From NCBI GenBank assembly GCA_951406725.2, contig OX597819.1, positions 122,636,001 to 122,700,000 of the forward strand: DNA of 64,000 bases, written 5' to 3'. This DNA is from Octopus vulgaris (lineage: Eukaryota). Under the pieces are notes generated by a model. It searched no databases and was not told where the DNA came from. It was given only the letters and a program-made list of their open reading frames with translations. Below are positions 15,776-29,115 of the stretch, piece after piece. The position numbers and the translations under genes are program-made. Position 1 is the first letter of the stretch. Every line of letters starts with the position of its first letter.

Positions 15776-15811
15776 TGTTACTCTGAGTTTCCCGTTGCCG
15801 TTCATCGGACA
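15776..15811 (-). ncRNA. Minimal hammerhead variant, core CCGAUGA (U4C)
   Basis: Minus strand tgt CCGATGA a cg-gcaa-cg g GAAA CTC a GAG TA aca, in a ~140-bp element bounded by (AT)n. Confidence 0.6.
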
Positions 15812-16002
15812 ATATATATATATATATATACAACTTATCAATAAATATATATATATAAAGACATACATGGATAAATATACACACATACACACACACACAT
15901 ATAAACACACACATATTGAGTTGAGTTTACAAACATATTTTAAGTGTTTATTTTATTATGTATGTATATATAAATGTATGTGTGTATATACGTATATATA
16001 TG

Positions 16003-16045
<43 letters not shown>

Positions 16046-16415
16046 TGATATGTGTAATAAATATATGTTATATATACATACATGCATACATACATACATA
16101 CATACATACATACATACATGCATGCATGCATGCATACATACATACATACATACATACATACATACATACATACATGCATGCATACATACATACATACATA
16201 CATACATACATACATACATACATGCATACATACATACATACATACATACATACATACATACATACATACATGCATGCATACATACATACATACATACATA
16301 CATACATACATACATACATACATGCATGCATACATACATACATACATACATACATACATACATACATACATACATACATACATGCATGCATACATACATA
16401 CATACATACATACAT

Positions 16416-16446
<31 letters not shown>

Positions 16447-16549
16447 TATATACATACATATACTTTTCTTCATTCAGAAAGTTTTTACCCGACGGGAACA
16501 ATATTCTTGGGCTGTTCCAAGCTATTAGTAACTTTACGCCGGCTGTGCT

Positions 16550-16590
16550 ACTCTGAAGGGCTATTATAACAACGAAACATGTCCGGAGTT
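16550..16590 (+). ncRNA. Degenerate hammerhead motif
   Basis: act CTGAAGG g ctattataacaac GAAACATGTC cggagt; palindromic ACATGT stem III and GUC triplet, but stem II is weak. Confidence 0.45.
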
Positions 16591-17367
16591 GTCACCATAC
16601 ATATCAAAGATCATATTAACACCTTACTTAATGCTGTGCAATCTTCTCACATTGTAGGCTGAAATTCCGAAGTTGTTTCCCTTGTTTTTTTGAGAATAAT
16701 TTTTATTCACGCTAAATATATTCCTAATATTGCAATTACTAGCTGACTAGCAAAAATGACGGCTAATTGTAGTATTTTATATATAAATAAAGTAGTAGAT
16801 AAGCACAGATACAAACATTTACATATTTCCCTTGTACATGCACACACATACACACATATACTCACATAGAGTTGAAACGCTGTTTGATTTTTCTTTTCAG
16901 CGTTGAATGTTCACCATTCCGCTTCCATTTGGCACGCACACACACACACGCATTCACATGACTCCACTTTATACACAAACACACATATACTCACGCAGAG
17001 TTGAAACACTGTTTGATTTTTTCACAGTAGAACTTCTATCATCCCACTACCAAGTTTGCCATCACCCCCTTCCTTCCTCATTCATCTATTACCCGTTCCT
17101 TTCTCATTCACATGTTGTGACGGAGAAAAACACACGTGTATTATTATAGTAAAATTTTCGACATGAAATGTTTTTGGGATTCATTAAATTATGTCTCGTA
17201 GACTTTATTTAACATTATATTGGAATATTTCTTGGAAAAATTTCATATTTTTGCCATCACCCACATATACGTATGTATGTATGTATGTATGTATGTATGT
17301 ATGTATGTATGTATGTATGTATGTATGTATGTACGTATGTATGTATGTATGTATGTATGTATGTATC

Positions 17368-17403
<36 letters not shown>

Positions 17404-17441
17404 TGTATGTATGTATGTATGTATGTATGTATGTATGTATC

Positions 17442-17477
<36 letters not shown>

Positions 17478-17487
17478 TGTATGTATC

Positions 17488-17519
<32 letters not shown>

Positions 17520-18258
17520 TGTATGGATGGATGGATGGATGGATGTATATATGCATGTATGTATGAATGTTTGTATGCATGTAAGTCTTGTGTATAACTT
17601 TAAACAGCATTTGCAAGCGGAGCCCAAGGGTTTTTATGGAATGTGGGACCAGCTCATAGTGACTTCTGAATCGGTGTAGCAGCACCTATTTGAGCCCCAA
17701 CTATGGGCTTTCTAGCATGTGAACCATATGATATGACGGAGCCTTAATTCTCGTTACAACATCCCTCTAGGAGACAGCAAACTCGAGTAAAGAACCCTGA
17801 AACGCAGTTGCTTTCTGATCCCCTCAAACCCCTGTTGTGACACTGGTTTTATAACTGATTGCGCCAAAATGTAGTTTCAGGGTTGCGCAACACTTCGTCA
17901 ATTTAAAACAGATTCACGCAGAAGTACTTCTTGAACTCTCGGATCGTTTGCCAGATTTTACTGAGTTTATGAAGAGGTCTTATTCAGTCACGAGTTGAAA
18001 TTCACCATGTATGTTATTAATTATTCAATTTTTTTTTCTGTTAAGGAAGGAGCTGGTTTCTAACAAAGAGTCAATCCATCGTCAGAATGTAGATAACAAA
18101 AACAATTTTAAACTTGAGAAAACTTTGTTATATTTTTACCGTTATATTTTTACCGTTCCGCTTACAGTTTGTATTTGTAACGCGAAAGTCAGTGTCTTGG
18201 TTTATTTTTTGAAAATCCAAGCTTATCCAGATTGTCAGTTACATGACATGCATGGCAT

Positions 18259-19140
18259 CGAGCTGGCAGAACCGTTAGCACGCCGGGCGAAATGTATAGC
18301 CGTATTTCGTCTGCCACTACGTTCTGAGTTCAAATTCCGCCGAGGTCGACTTTGCCTTTCATCCTTTCGGGGTCGATTAAATAAGTACCAGTTACGCACT
18401 GGGGTCGATGTAATCGTCTTAATCCGTTTGTCCTCTCTGTGTTTAGCTTCTTGTGGGTAGTAAAGAAATAGGTATTTCGTCTGCAGTTACATTCTGAGTT
18501 CAAATTCCGCCGAGGTCGACTTTGCCTTTCATCCTTTCGGGATCGATTAAATAAGTACCAGTTACGCACTGTGGTCGATGTAATCGTCTTAATCCGTTTG
18601 TCCTCCCTGTGTTTAGCTTCTTGTGGGTAGTAAAGAAATAGGTATTTCGTCTGCAGTTACGTTCTGAGTTCAAATTCCGCCGAGGTCGACTTTGCCTTTC
18701 ATCCTTTCGGGATCGATTAAATAAGTACCAGTTACGCACTGTGGTCGATGTAATCGTCTTAATCCGTTTGTCCTCTCTGTGTTTAGCTCCTTGTGGGTAG
18801 TAAAGAAATAGGTATTTCGTCTGCAGTTACGTTCTGAGTTCAAATTCCGTCGAGGTCGACTTTGCCTTTCATCCTTTCGGGGTCGATTAAATAACTACGA
18901 GTTACGCACTGGGGTCGATGTAATCGACTTAATCCGTTTGTCTGTCCTTGTTTGTCCTCTTGGGTAGTAACGAAATAGGTATTTCGTTTGCCGTTACGTT
19001 CTGAGTTCAAATTCCGCCAAGGTTTAACTTTGCTTTCATCCTTTCGGGGTCGATAAATTAAGTATCAGTTGCGTACTGGGGGGGGGGTCGATCTAATCAA
19101 CTGGCCTCCAAAATTTCGGGTCAGGTGCATTGAGTAGAAA
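18259..19140 (+). mobile_element. SINE family B multimer: one head plus five tandem bodies
   Basis: Units start gtatttcgt at 18302, 18472, 18642, 18812 and 18979 (170/170/170/167 bp spacing). Confidence 0.9.
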
Positions 19141-19374
19141 AGTTACATTACATGTATGGATGTGTGTGTGTGTGTGTATGTGCGTGTGTATACTTACACA
19201 CACACACACACATGTGGATTCGCGGGTGTGCTGATTAAGAAATTTGATTCGCAAATGTGTGGTTTCGGGTTCAGTACCTCTGCGCGGCATCTTGGACATG
19301 TTACTTATATTATGGCTCCGGGTCGCCCAATGCCTTGTCAGTGAATTCTGCTGTAGAATGCTATGAAGACTGTC

Positions 19375-19456
<82 letters not shown>

Positions 19457-19459
<3 letters not shown>

Positions 19460-19745
19460 ACGATCCCTTTTGATCGTTTTCTTTTCCTCTTCCCCTTTTT
19501 TTCCTCTTTTTTCTTCTTTTTTCATTTTTCTTTTCCTTTGTTCCTTTTCCCTTTTTTTTCTTTTTTTTCCTTTTTTTTGTTCTTTTTTCCCTTTTACGAT
19601 CCCTTTTGATCGAAAACCTACGCCACCCCCTTTTTTTATTCTTTTGTTTTTTGTTTTTTGTTGTATTTTTTCATCCCCCAGAAGAAAAACTCTACCTTGT
19701 AACTTGTCCCATGTGTGTGCAGCCCTGTGTGGCCAATAAAGAAAC

Positions 19746-19802
<57 letters not shown>

Positions 19803-19824
19803 AATCTATCTATCTATCTATCTA

Positions 19825-19912
<88 letters not shown>

Positions 19913-20490
19913 ATTATCTATGTCTGTCTATCTATCTATCTATATATATATATATAAGTTAAATTAGAGATAAAACCACTATTAGGCAAATCAAACAGTG
20001 AAAAACATAAACCAAAATATAAAAATAAAAATAATTAATATAATATACAAAATATATAAAATATAAAATTTAAGAATTTAAATTATTTAATTATATATAT
20101 TCTACTCGTATTGGTTACAGTCATTGAACTGATCAAGTCTTTCATATACACCCACACTTCTTACTTCTGTCCGGTACATATTTTATCGATATGTGTTTGT
20201 CAAATGAAAAGATACCAGGATATAAAAGATAGATATGTTTCTTTATTAGCCACACAGGGCTGCACACAGACAGGACAAAATTACAAGGTAGAGCTTTTCT
20301 TTTGGGGGTAAAAGAAGGGGGTTTGGTTTTCGATCAAAAGGGATCGTAAATGGAAAGAGGACAAAAAAAGGGGGGGATAAAATAAAATTAAGAAAAAAAG
20401 GGGGAAGGTGAGGAAAAAAAAAGGAGAGGTGAGTAAAAAAAAGGGAAAGGAAAAAATTGATCAATAGGGATCGTTATCACAGAAATGTAA
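19457..20490. repeat. Inverted pair of an (ATCT)n-associated repeat
   Basis: 19457-19745 (+) and 20237-20490 (-) share acgatcccttttgatcgaaaacc and ctctaccttgtaa..tgtgcagccctgtgtggc.aataaagaaac. Confidence 0.7.
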
Positions 20491-20819
20491 TAGATAGATA
20501 GATAGATAGATAGAGATGCATAAATACATACATAAATGCATACATACATAAATACATACATACATAAATTCATACATATCTACAAAGAAAGAGAGAGAGA
20601 GAGAGAGTGAGTGGGAGAGAGCGAGAGAGAGAGAGAGAGAAAGACTGGAAAAGTATCAGAGAGAATATGGATGAGAAAGAGAGAGAGAGAGGTGGGCGAG
20701 AAAGAGTGGCATTAATAGAGTTTATGTGTGCACAAGTGCACGCTGATAGATTTCCGCCACGCGATGTTTCGACATGCTAATAATAGCAACCAGATTCCCT
20801 GAAATCTTACCCAAACGTG

Positions 20820-20863
<44 letters not shown>

Positions 20864-21356
20864 ATGTATGAAGGAAAGAAAAGCCAAGGGCAGTTACAGT
20901 CCTACACAAAGAGTCCAAAAGACACGCTGATCACTGCTGCGAAGCTTGTTGTTATCTGCCTGCTCGATCAGATTGTGCCTGGGGCTGAACAACAATAACA
21001 ATAACAGTAACAAAACAACCAACAGCAGCAGCAGCGGCAGCAGTAGTGGCAGCAGCAACAGTAGCAACATAATAATAATAACAACAGCAACACCATCAGC
21101 AACATGCTGGCACATTGCATGTACACTGTCGTACGTTCGCACATGCACGTCAATAGATGAAGAAGAACAACACGTCCATTATTACGCGACACAATACTGG
21201 AAGCACTCGTACAAATATATTCCAAGGTAATCGTGCCTCTTCTCTTTCATCTTCTGTTTTTAAAGTTTACATGTGAGTTTGATTTGGGTACTTCATGTGT
21301 TTATATTGCGAGTGTTCATAGGCAGTGACTCCTGGTAGCGCTTTTCTGTTTGCTTG

Positions 21357-21438
<82 letters not shown>

Positions 21439-21445
21439 CATCCAT

Positions 21446-21478
<33 letters not shown>

Positions 21479-21495
21479 TATCCGTCCATCCATCC

Positions 21496-21558
<63 letters not shown>

Positions 21559-21644
21559 CATCCATCCATCCATTTGTTTATTTATCTATCCATCCATCCA
21601 TCCATCCATCCATCCATCCATCTGTCCGTCTATCTATCTATCTT

Positions 21645-21748
<104 letters not shown>

Positions 21749-22198
21749 ATTGTGTGTCTCTCGGACACTCTGCTGTCCTGTCCGTCTGTCCATGCGTCTA
21801 TCTGTCTATCTGTCTATCTATGCATGACTCCTCGTTCATCCTCACTTTCTTTCTTTCTTTCCTTCTATCTTTCTTTCATTCTTCTTTCATTCTCTTTCTC
21901 TCTGTTTCTATATATAGATGCATACATGCATACACACCTAAAAACACACACTCACACACACACACACACACGCACACTCAAACGTATTCACGCGCACGCA
22001 CATACAAATAATTTATAAAAACGCGGGTGCGCTCACACACGGGCTTATACACCTGGGTCTCTGGTTTAGGTGCTCGCTTTGCGACCACATGGTTTCGGGC
22101 TCTGTCCCAGTACGCGGTACCTCGGGGCACGTGCCTGCTGTTATAACCCAGGACACTGACCAATGGCTTATGAGCGAATTTGGTAGACGATGTATATG

Positions 22199-22249
<51 letters not shown>

Positions 22250-22260
22250 TTATATACATA

Positions 22261-22306
<46 letters not shown>

Positions 22307-22370
22307 TATATACATATATATATACATATACATATATATATATGTGTATATATATATATATGTATGTATG

Positions 22371-22410
<40 letters not shown>

Positions 22411-22834
22411 TAAACATATATACATATATGTAGATAGATAGATAGATAGATAGATATATAGAAATCTGTAAATATCACTTCGTGTTGCTCTCCTATTTCA
22501 CATCACTTACCCCTGTAATCATCGCTCTCCTTCTCTCTATCTCTCTCTCTGTCCCTGTCTCTCTCTCACACACACACACTCTCTCTCTCTTTACTAACAT
22601 ATAAGTATGCAAGTATGAAAGTATTTATATAGGTGTATTAGATATGTGTGTATATATATATGCATGTGTGCGTGCCTGCCTGCATTTAGTGTCAATCTAA
22701 TGAAGAATTTATAACAACAGCACGACACACAAACGCAAAAATGCAACTGTTACTGAAAATGTCATGCAATATCATAAACACGTGATAAGTACGTATCGCG
22801 CGCCCGCACACACACACATACATTTACATATATG

Positions 22835-22946
22835 CATATCACGTTGAAAGCACCGGTTCCCGTCCGAACACCGAAGTTTATCAACGTCGAGTCTAATAAG
22901 TACTAAGATGCGGGGGAACCGCTTGAGAAACGTAGGTGCTGTAAGC
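22835..22946 (+). pseudogene. 5S rRNA pseudogene or 5S-derived repeat
   Basis: catatcacgttgaaagcaccggttcccgtccgaacaccgaagtt..caacgtcgag..agtact..gatg..accgc..ggtgctgtaagc matches metazoan 5S rRNA with many substitutions. Confidence 0.85.
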
Positions 22947-23013
22947 GTCTCACACGTTATAGCCGCAGGAGTGGCTGTGTGGTAAGTAGCTTGCCTACCA
23001 ACCACATAGTTCC

Positions 23014-23195
23014 AGTGAGCAGGTCGCGTTCTCAAAGCGAGGAAAATATTTTGAAAAATTAAATTTAAATGTTGAAGTCAATCTAACGGTTTTGTATTTT
23101 AAAGTGTTTTATAAACACCTTCCACGCTGCAATTGTTTTTGTTTCAGCACACGATCTTAGATCAGGTCACTTGCTATGCAAGTACATCTCCGTAA
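23014..23195 (+). mobile_element. HHR-bearing element (G3-C8 family), 5'-truncated
   Basis: GTGAGCA 23015-23021, gtcgc..gcgag GAAA atatttt, family tail gcacacgatcttagatca..gtacatctcc, then (AT)n. Confidence 0.75.
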
Positions 23196-23340
23196 TATAT
23201 GTATATATATATATATATAAAGTATATATGTATATATATATAAAGTGCATATCCACCTTGGGCAAGTGTCTTCTGCTGTAGCCTCGGGCCGATCAAAACC
23301 TTGCGAGTGAATTTGGTAGACAGAAACTGAAAGAAGCCCG

Positions 23341-23480
<140 letters not shown>

Positions 23481-23678
23481 TTGTGTGTCTGTGTTTTTTC
23501 CCCTCAACATCATTTGACAACCGATGTTGGTGTATTTACGTCCCCACAACCTAGCGGTTAGGCAGAGATGACCAATATAATAAGTACCGTATCACAAAGA
23601 ATAAGTCCTGGGATTGATTTCTTCAAGTAAAGCCAGTGATCCAGCATGGCCGCAGTCAAATGACTGAAACAAAAAAAG

Positions 23679-23740
<62 letters not shown>

Positions 23741-23744
23741 TTTT

Positions 23745-23969
23745 CTTCTTTTCGATTATTTGTCTCAGTCACATGACTGCGGCTATGCTGGAGCTCTGGT
23801 TTTAGTTGAACAAATCGATCCCATGATTTGTTATTTGTAAGCACACTACTTATTCTATCGATCGTTTTTGCAGAACCGCTAAGTTATGGGGACGCAGACA
23901 CACCAGCATCGGTTGTCAAGCGATGTTGGGGGAGGGAGTACAAACACAAACACACAAACACATACACAA

Positions 23970-24036
<67 letters not shown>

Positions 24037-24198
24037 CGACGGGCTTCCTTCAGTTTCCGTCTGCCAAATCCACTCACAAAGCTTTGGCCGGCCCGAGGCT
24101 ATAGTAGAAGACACTTGCCCAAGGTGTCACGCACTGGGACTGAAACCAGAACCATGTGGTTAGTAAGGAAGTTACTTACCACACACCCAATCCTGCGC

Positions 24199-24200
<2 letters not shown>
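23745..24200 (-). mobile_element. tRNA-derived SINE family A
   Basis: Reverse complement homology to 8561-8948. Confidence 0.85.
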
Positions 24201-24240
<40 letters not shown>

Positions 24241-24380
24241 GTTCGTAAACTTCACACACAAAAAAATTTTTCTCAAGAAAACACGTATTTAAATAAATTT
24301 TAATGTCATGAATAGCGAAAACGAAACCGGTCGACAAACGCAATACAAGATATATTAAAACTATATAAAGTATGTGCATG

Positions 24381-24570
24381 TTGTCAGTGAGCAGATCGCG
24401 TTCTCAAAGCGAGGAAAATATTTTGACAAATTAAACTTAAATGTTGAAGTCAATCTAACGGTTTTGTATTTTTAAATGTCTTATAAACACCTTCCACGTT
24501 GCAATTGTTTTTATTTCAGCACACGATCTTAGATCAAGTCACTTGCTATGAAAGTACATCTCTGTAATAT
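24381..24570 (+). mobile_element. HHR-bearing element (G3-C8 family)
   Basis: ttgtca GTGAGCA ga tcgc-gttctcaaa-gcga g GAAA atat tt tgacaa. Confidence 0.8.
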
Positions 24571-24594
24571 ATGTATATAAATATATATATATAT

Positions 24595-24906
24595 ATCACC
24601 GTGATCACCGTGACTGACCAGGCTATCAGATATTGCTACACATCGCTGGTCACAATGCGCTTCGCATTGTTTTAGCCTTCAAATGATGCCATTTCGCTGG
24701 CTAAGCGAGCAAGTCAACAGAAAAAAGAGTGAGAGAAAGTTGTGGCGAAAAAGTACAGCAGGGATCACCACCACCCCCTGCCGGAGCCTCGTGGAGCTTT
24801 AGGTGTTTTCGCTCAATAAACACTCACAACGCCCGGTCTGGGAATTGAAACCGCGATCGTACAACCGCGAGTCCGCTGCCCTAACCACTGGGCCATTGCG
24901 CCTCCA
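24595..24906 (-). mobile_element. tRNA-derived SINE family D
   Basis: Minus-strand head ggaggcgcaatggcccagtggttagggc..ggtttcaattccc; 3' part recurs at 60334-60428 (+); inserted in (AT)n. Confidence 0.8.
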
Positions 24907-25224
24907 TATATATATATATTAAAGTGCATATCCAACCTAACTTCATCGATACACCTACACATGCATACCATATCTTCTTCCATTTCCTTCTAAATTAACA
25001 TATAAATAGACATGTATATTTATACTTTAATTATTTATCCTTTTATCGGATTCAGCTCATAGCAGCGGTCATGCTGGGATACCAATCATCTGAAGATTTT
25101 CTCTCTCTGTTTTCTTTTAATTTACATGTATAAATGTTTATATATTCTGCATATGAAACGCAATGGGTTGTATCTGTTTATTTGCTTCATTGTATCTATA
25201 AATACAAGCATTTATACTTACAGG

Positions 25225-25331
<107 letters not shown>

Positions 25332-25488
25332 TATATCTATAAAATAATATGTTACATTACTCGATAGTCAAGATAAAACTTAAGTTTTATCTTGACTATT
25401 GAGTAATGTAACATTATTTTATAGATAAATTTCCTCTATTTACATAATATTGAGGTCTCTTTCATTCTTTTGTCATCTTACCGTTTTA

Positions 25489-25584
<96 letters not shown>

Positions 25585-26582
25585 GTGGGTATATATATGT
25601 ATATGTCTGTACTTGTGCTTGTATTATGTTTGTGCGCGTGAGTGAGTGTTTATATGTAGAGATGTCCTTAAATATCTGTGTATGAATATGAAAATTAAGC
25701 TACAGTAACACCCACCCTTAGTGGTTAGTCATATTGATATGGCTAGTATACTTTACAATGTGAAAATTGTTTACGAAGTTTGTTTTCTTATCATAACGAC
25801 TTGGATTCGATCCCTTGACGTTGTGCATTGAGCTAAGATCTTTCATTAGGACGTCGTGCACACCTAAGGGTTGCATATGTATTAAATAAGGTCGGCAGAA
25901 GTTATTTATTGACTCGAGAGCGGAACGTTTCGTACATGCATATTATGTATGTCCCATACACATATACATACATGCACCCATATATCCATCCATCCATCCA
26001 TCCATCCATCCATCCATCCATCAATACATCCATCAATCCATCCAATTATCCATGCATACATACGATCACATGGTTCCATGTTCGGTCCCACAGCATGTCA
26101 CATTGGGCAGTTGTCCTCTACTCTTGCTTCGGCGGACCAAAGACTTGTGAATGGAGTTGGTTGAGTGAATCGCATACATACGAGCGGTGCGCACGTGAAT
26201 ATGTGTATATGTGTGTATGTAAGTGCGTCTTTGTGTTTGTGCACGCTCCACCGCTTTATAATCGGTGTTGGTTTGTTTACGACCCTGTAACTTGTCGGTT
26301 CGGTAAAAAAAAATAGGTACCGATAGAATAATTAATTACCAGGCTTAAAAGAAAAAAAGGAAGAAAAAAGAAATCTACTTGGGTCAATTTGTTTGACCGA
26401 CTAAAAAAACTCGTCAAGGGGATGCTCCAGCATGACCGCATTGTAATTACTGAAACAGACAATAAAAAGTGCACACACACACACAGACACACACACACAC
26501 ACACACAAACACACAGAGGTAAGAATGTTTATTGTGTAAGTAGACCGTGCTGCGCCTCCGTTTTATGGCATAGTATTTAAAC

Positions 26583-26882
26583 TAGTTGTTCTCAACCGGG
26601 GTCCAGTATGGCCCTTGCGTTTACAGTATGGCCCTTGGGTGTCCAGTATGGCCCTTGATGGTCCTTAAAAGATTTCGTAGTTAAAATTTATCGGCAATAG
26701 ATTGGATATACTTCTACGCTGCACAGAATATTTTGGCCAATTTTTTATGCCATCCCTAATGATATTTAATTATAAAAGTATAAGAGGGTTTTTTTTTTTA
26801 ACATCGAATGGCTATGAGGGCCCATTCGAATAGAACAGGAATCAAAGGGGGTCGATAGGTAAAAAATGGTTGAGAAACACTT
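26583..26882. mobile_element. hAT (Charlie-type) MITE
   Basis: TIRs tagttgttctcaacc / ggttgagaaacactt; 8-bp TSD atttaaac / atttaaat; internal triple cagtatggcccttg. Confidence 0.75.
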
Positions 26883-27346
26883 ATTTAAATAATAAGATTA
26901 ATGCTTTCGAATTTTTGTAAACCTTCTGAGCGTCCAGGATATTGATCGTGGGCCCTCACTTCGGTGCTGTACCGGAGATCGTTTATCTACTCATCCGATA
27001 ACTTCGTGGACAAAGTCATGGCTGTGTGCTGAGGAAGCTCGTTTTGTAACTTCGGTATTTCAGGTTCAGTCTCCGACAAATCACGTTATATATAAGGGAT
27101 GTAGCTTCGAGTCCAACGGGCTGTCTTCGACGTTTTCTATCCGAAAAAGATCTTCTAAGATTTTCGAGAACCAATTTCAAAACTGAATTATTTCACATTC
27201 TCTCGAAAGCTTATAAATGCTTATGATATCAACTGTGTATATATATATATATATTATAAATTTAACCTTTAAAGGTATTTTTTGATGTGCTGGCCATTGA
27301 TAAAATTTTATTTCTCGAAAAAAAAAAAATTTTTATCGTACATTAG

Positions 27347-27395
<49 letters not shown>

Positions 27396-27404
27396 GCACG
27401 AAGT

Positions 27405-27455
27405 TTTGTCAGTGAACAGGTCGCGGTCTCAAAGCGACGAAAATATTTTGACAAA
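27405..27455 (+). ncRNA. Hammerhead ribozyme variant with G3-C8 core (best copy)
   Basis: TTTGTCA GTGAACA g GTCGC-ggtctcaaa-GCGAC GAAA ATAT TT TGACAAA; perfect stems I and II; palindromic AAATATTT stem III; host element 27393-27593 bounded by (AT)n. Confidence 0.8.
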
Positions 27456-27592
27456 TTAAATTTAAATGTTGAACTGAATCAAACGGTTTTTGTGTGTTTC
27501 TTAAATGGCTTATAAACACCTTCCACGCTGTAATTGCTTTCGTTCTAGCACACGATCTCAGATCAAGTCACTCGCTATGCAAGTACATCCCC

Positions 27593-27651
<59 letters not shown>

Positions 27652-27673
27652 CATACATATATATATATATATA

Positions 27674-28300
27674 GAACAAGGTGTCATCATACCACTTTTC
27701 TCCTCCTTTGTACGGCCACACCTCGAATACTGCTGCCCACTGTGGTCTCCCCATACAAGACAAAACATCTCGAGGATTGAATCACCCCAGAGAGCACTCA
27801 CTAAACGAATTGAAGGCATGGCTGCTCTCGATTATTGAGATCGCCTTAAAGCCTTGAAACTCTACTCTCTCCAGCGTCGCCGTGAGCGGTACATCATTTG
27901 TGGAGAATATACCGCCAACTTTGCCCAAACGACCTTAACATTAGCTTCAAGGTTCATCCAAGACTGGGACCACGGGCCATACGTCCCCTGCCCAATTCAA
28001 GATCACAGCATACAAGTACACTACAACATAATTTCTTTTCCTCAACAGGCCCTGCCCTATTTAACATTGTCCCGAAAGAGATCAAAAAGGAACAGGATCC
28101 CATCAACTTTAAACGGAGTCTGGATAGATTCCTTCAAGGAATACCAGATAAAGCACCCATAATTGGATACAACTCACCCAACAAGAACTCACTACTTGAA
28201 TGGACCATAAACAAAACAATCCTATCAGATGGTGCTATTAAGTTAGACATGGCCTGGACCAATCATTGGTCGAAACATATCTAAGTTTATCTGAGTTTAT
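27674..28300 (+). mobile_element. CR1-clade LINE 3' fragment
   Basis: LFSSFVRPHLEYCCPLWSPH..IESPQRALTKRI..Y*DRLKALKLYSLQRRRER; terminal hairpin gaccaatcattggtc and short tail repeats; stop and frameshift present. Confidence 0.85.
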
Positions 28301-29075
28301 ATATATATATAATGGGACGAAAATGCAATAGAGAGCATTAAAATGTTAGGACAGATAGACGACCCAAAAGCGGACAAGAGAAACAACAATTAGAAGGAAA
28401 GGCAAAAAGAGATGGTCATTTTTGGCTTTCTTTTATCAGTTAAGTGCCAGAAGTCACGATATATATTTATATATATTAATGTTTGTGTCTGTCTCCTATC
28501 CACCCTTGCCTGACACCAATGTTGGTGTGTTTACGTCTCCGTAATATAGCAGTTCGGCAGAATAGACCGATAGAATAAGTACTAGACTTACAAAGAATAA
28601 CTCTTGGAGGCAATTTGTTCAACTAAAAGGCGGTGCTCCAACATGGCCGTTGGTTGTATTGTAGATATGTACAATTCACCTATGTGAAGAGATTCCGCAC
28701 AGTTTCCGCTACCAAAACATTCACAATGTGAGTGAATTATGAACAGATGTTATAAGAAAACGCTTGTCCAAGTTGACGTGTTGTTGTTAGGGAGACAAAT
28801 TCTGAAATAGACGGGTCTGCCAACGCCTCTGTTTCTATGTAATGTTTGTATGGATGGATGAATGGATGTATGGATGGATGGACGGACGGATGGATGGTTG
28901 CATATATTAATGCTTGAAAATAATTCACGTTTGAAGGTATTTTAGAATATTAAAATTCATAATCATATCTTCCCGCAAGCATTATTCTTTATAAATATTT
29001 CATACTGAAATTCATTTCGTACGTTGAAACAATAGCCTGACCAAACTCTCTCCCTTTCTTTCACACACACACACA

Positions 29076-29115
<40 letters not shown>

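Noticed and set aside
18302-19140. Regular 170-bp array resembling CRISPR or satellite DNA
   Set aside because: No unique spacers; the units are SINE B bodies also found dispersed.
28250-28285. Hairpin followed by GAAACATATC at the CR1 3' end
   Set aside because: No upstream hammerhead core; better explained as the LINE terminal stem-loop.
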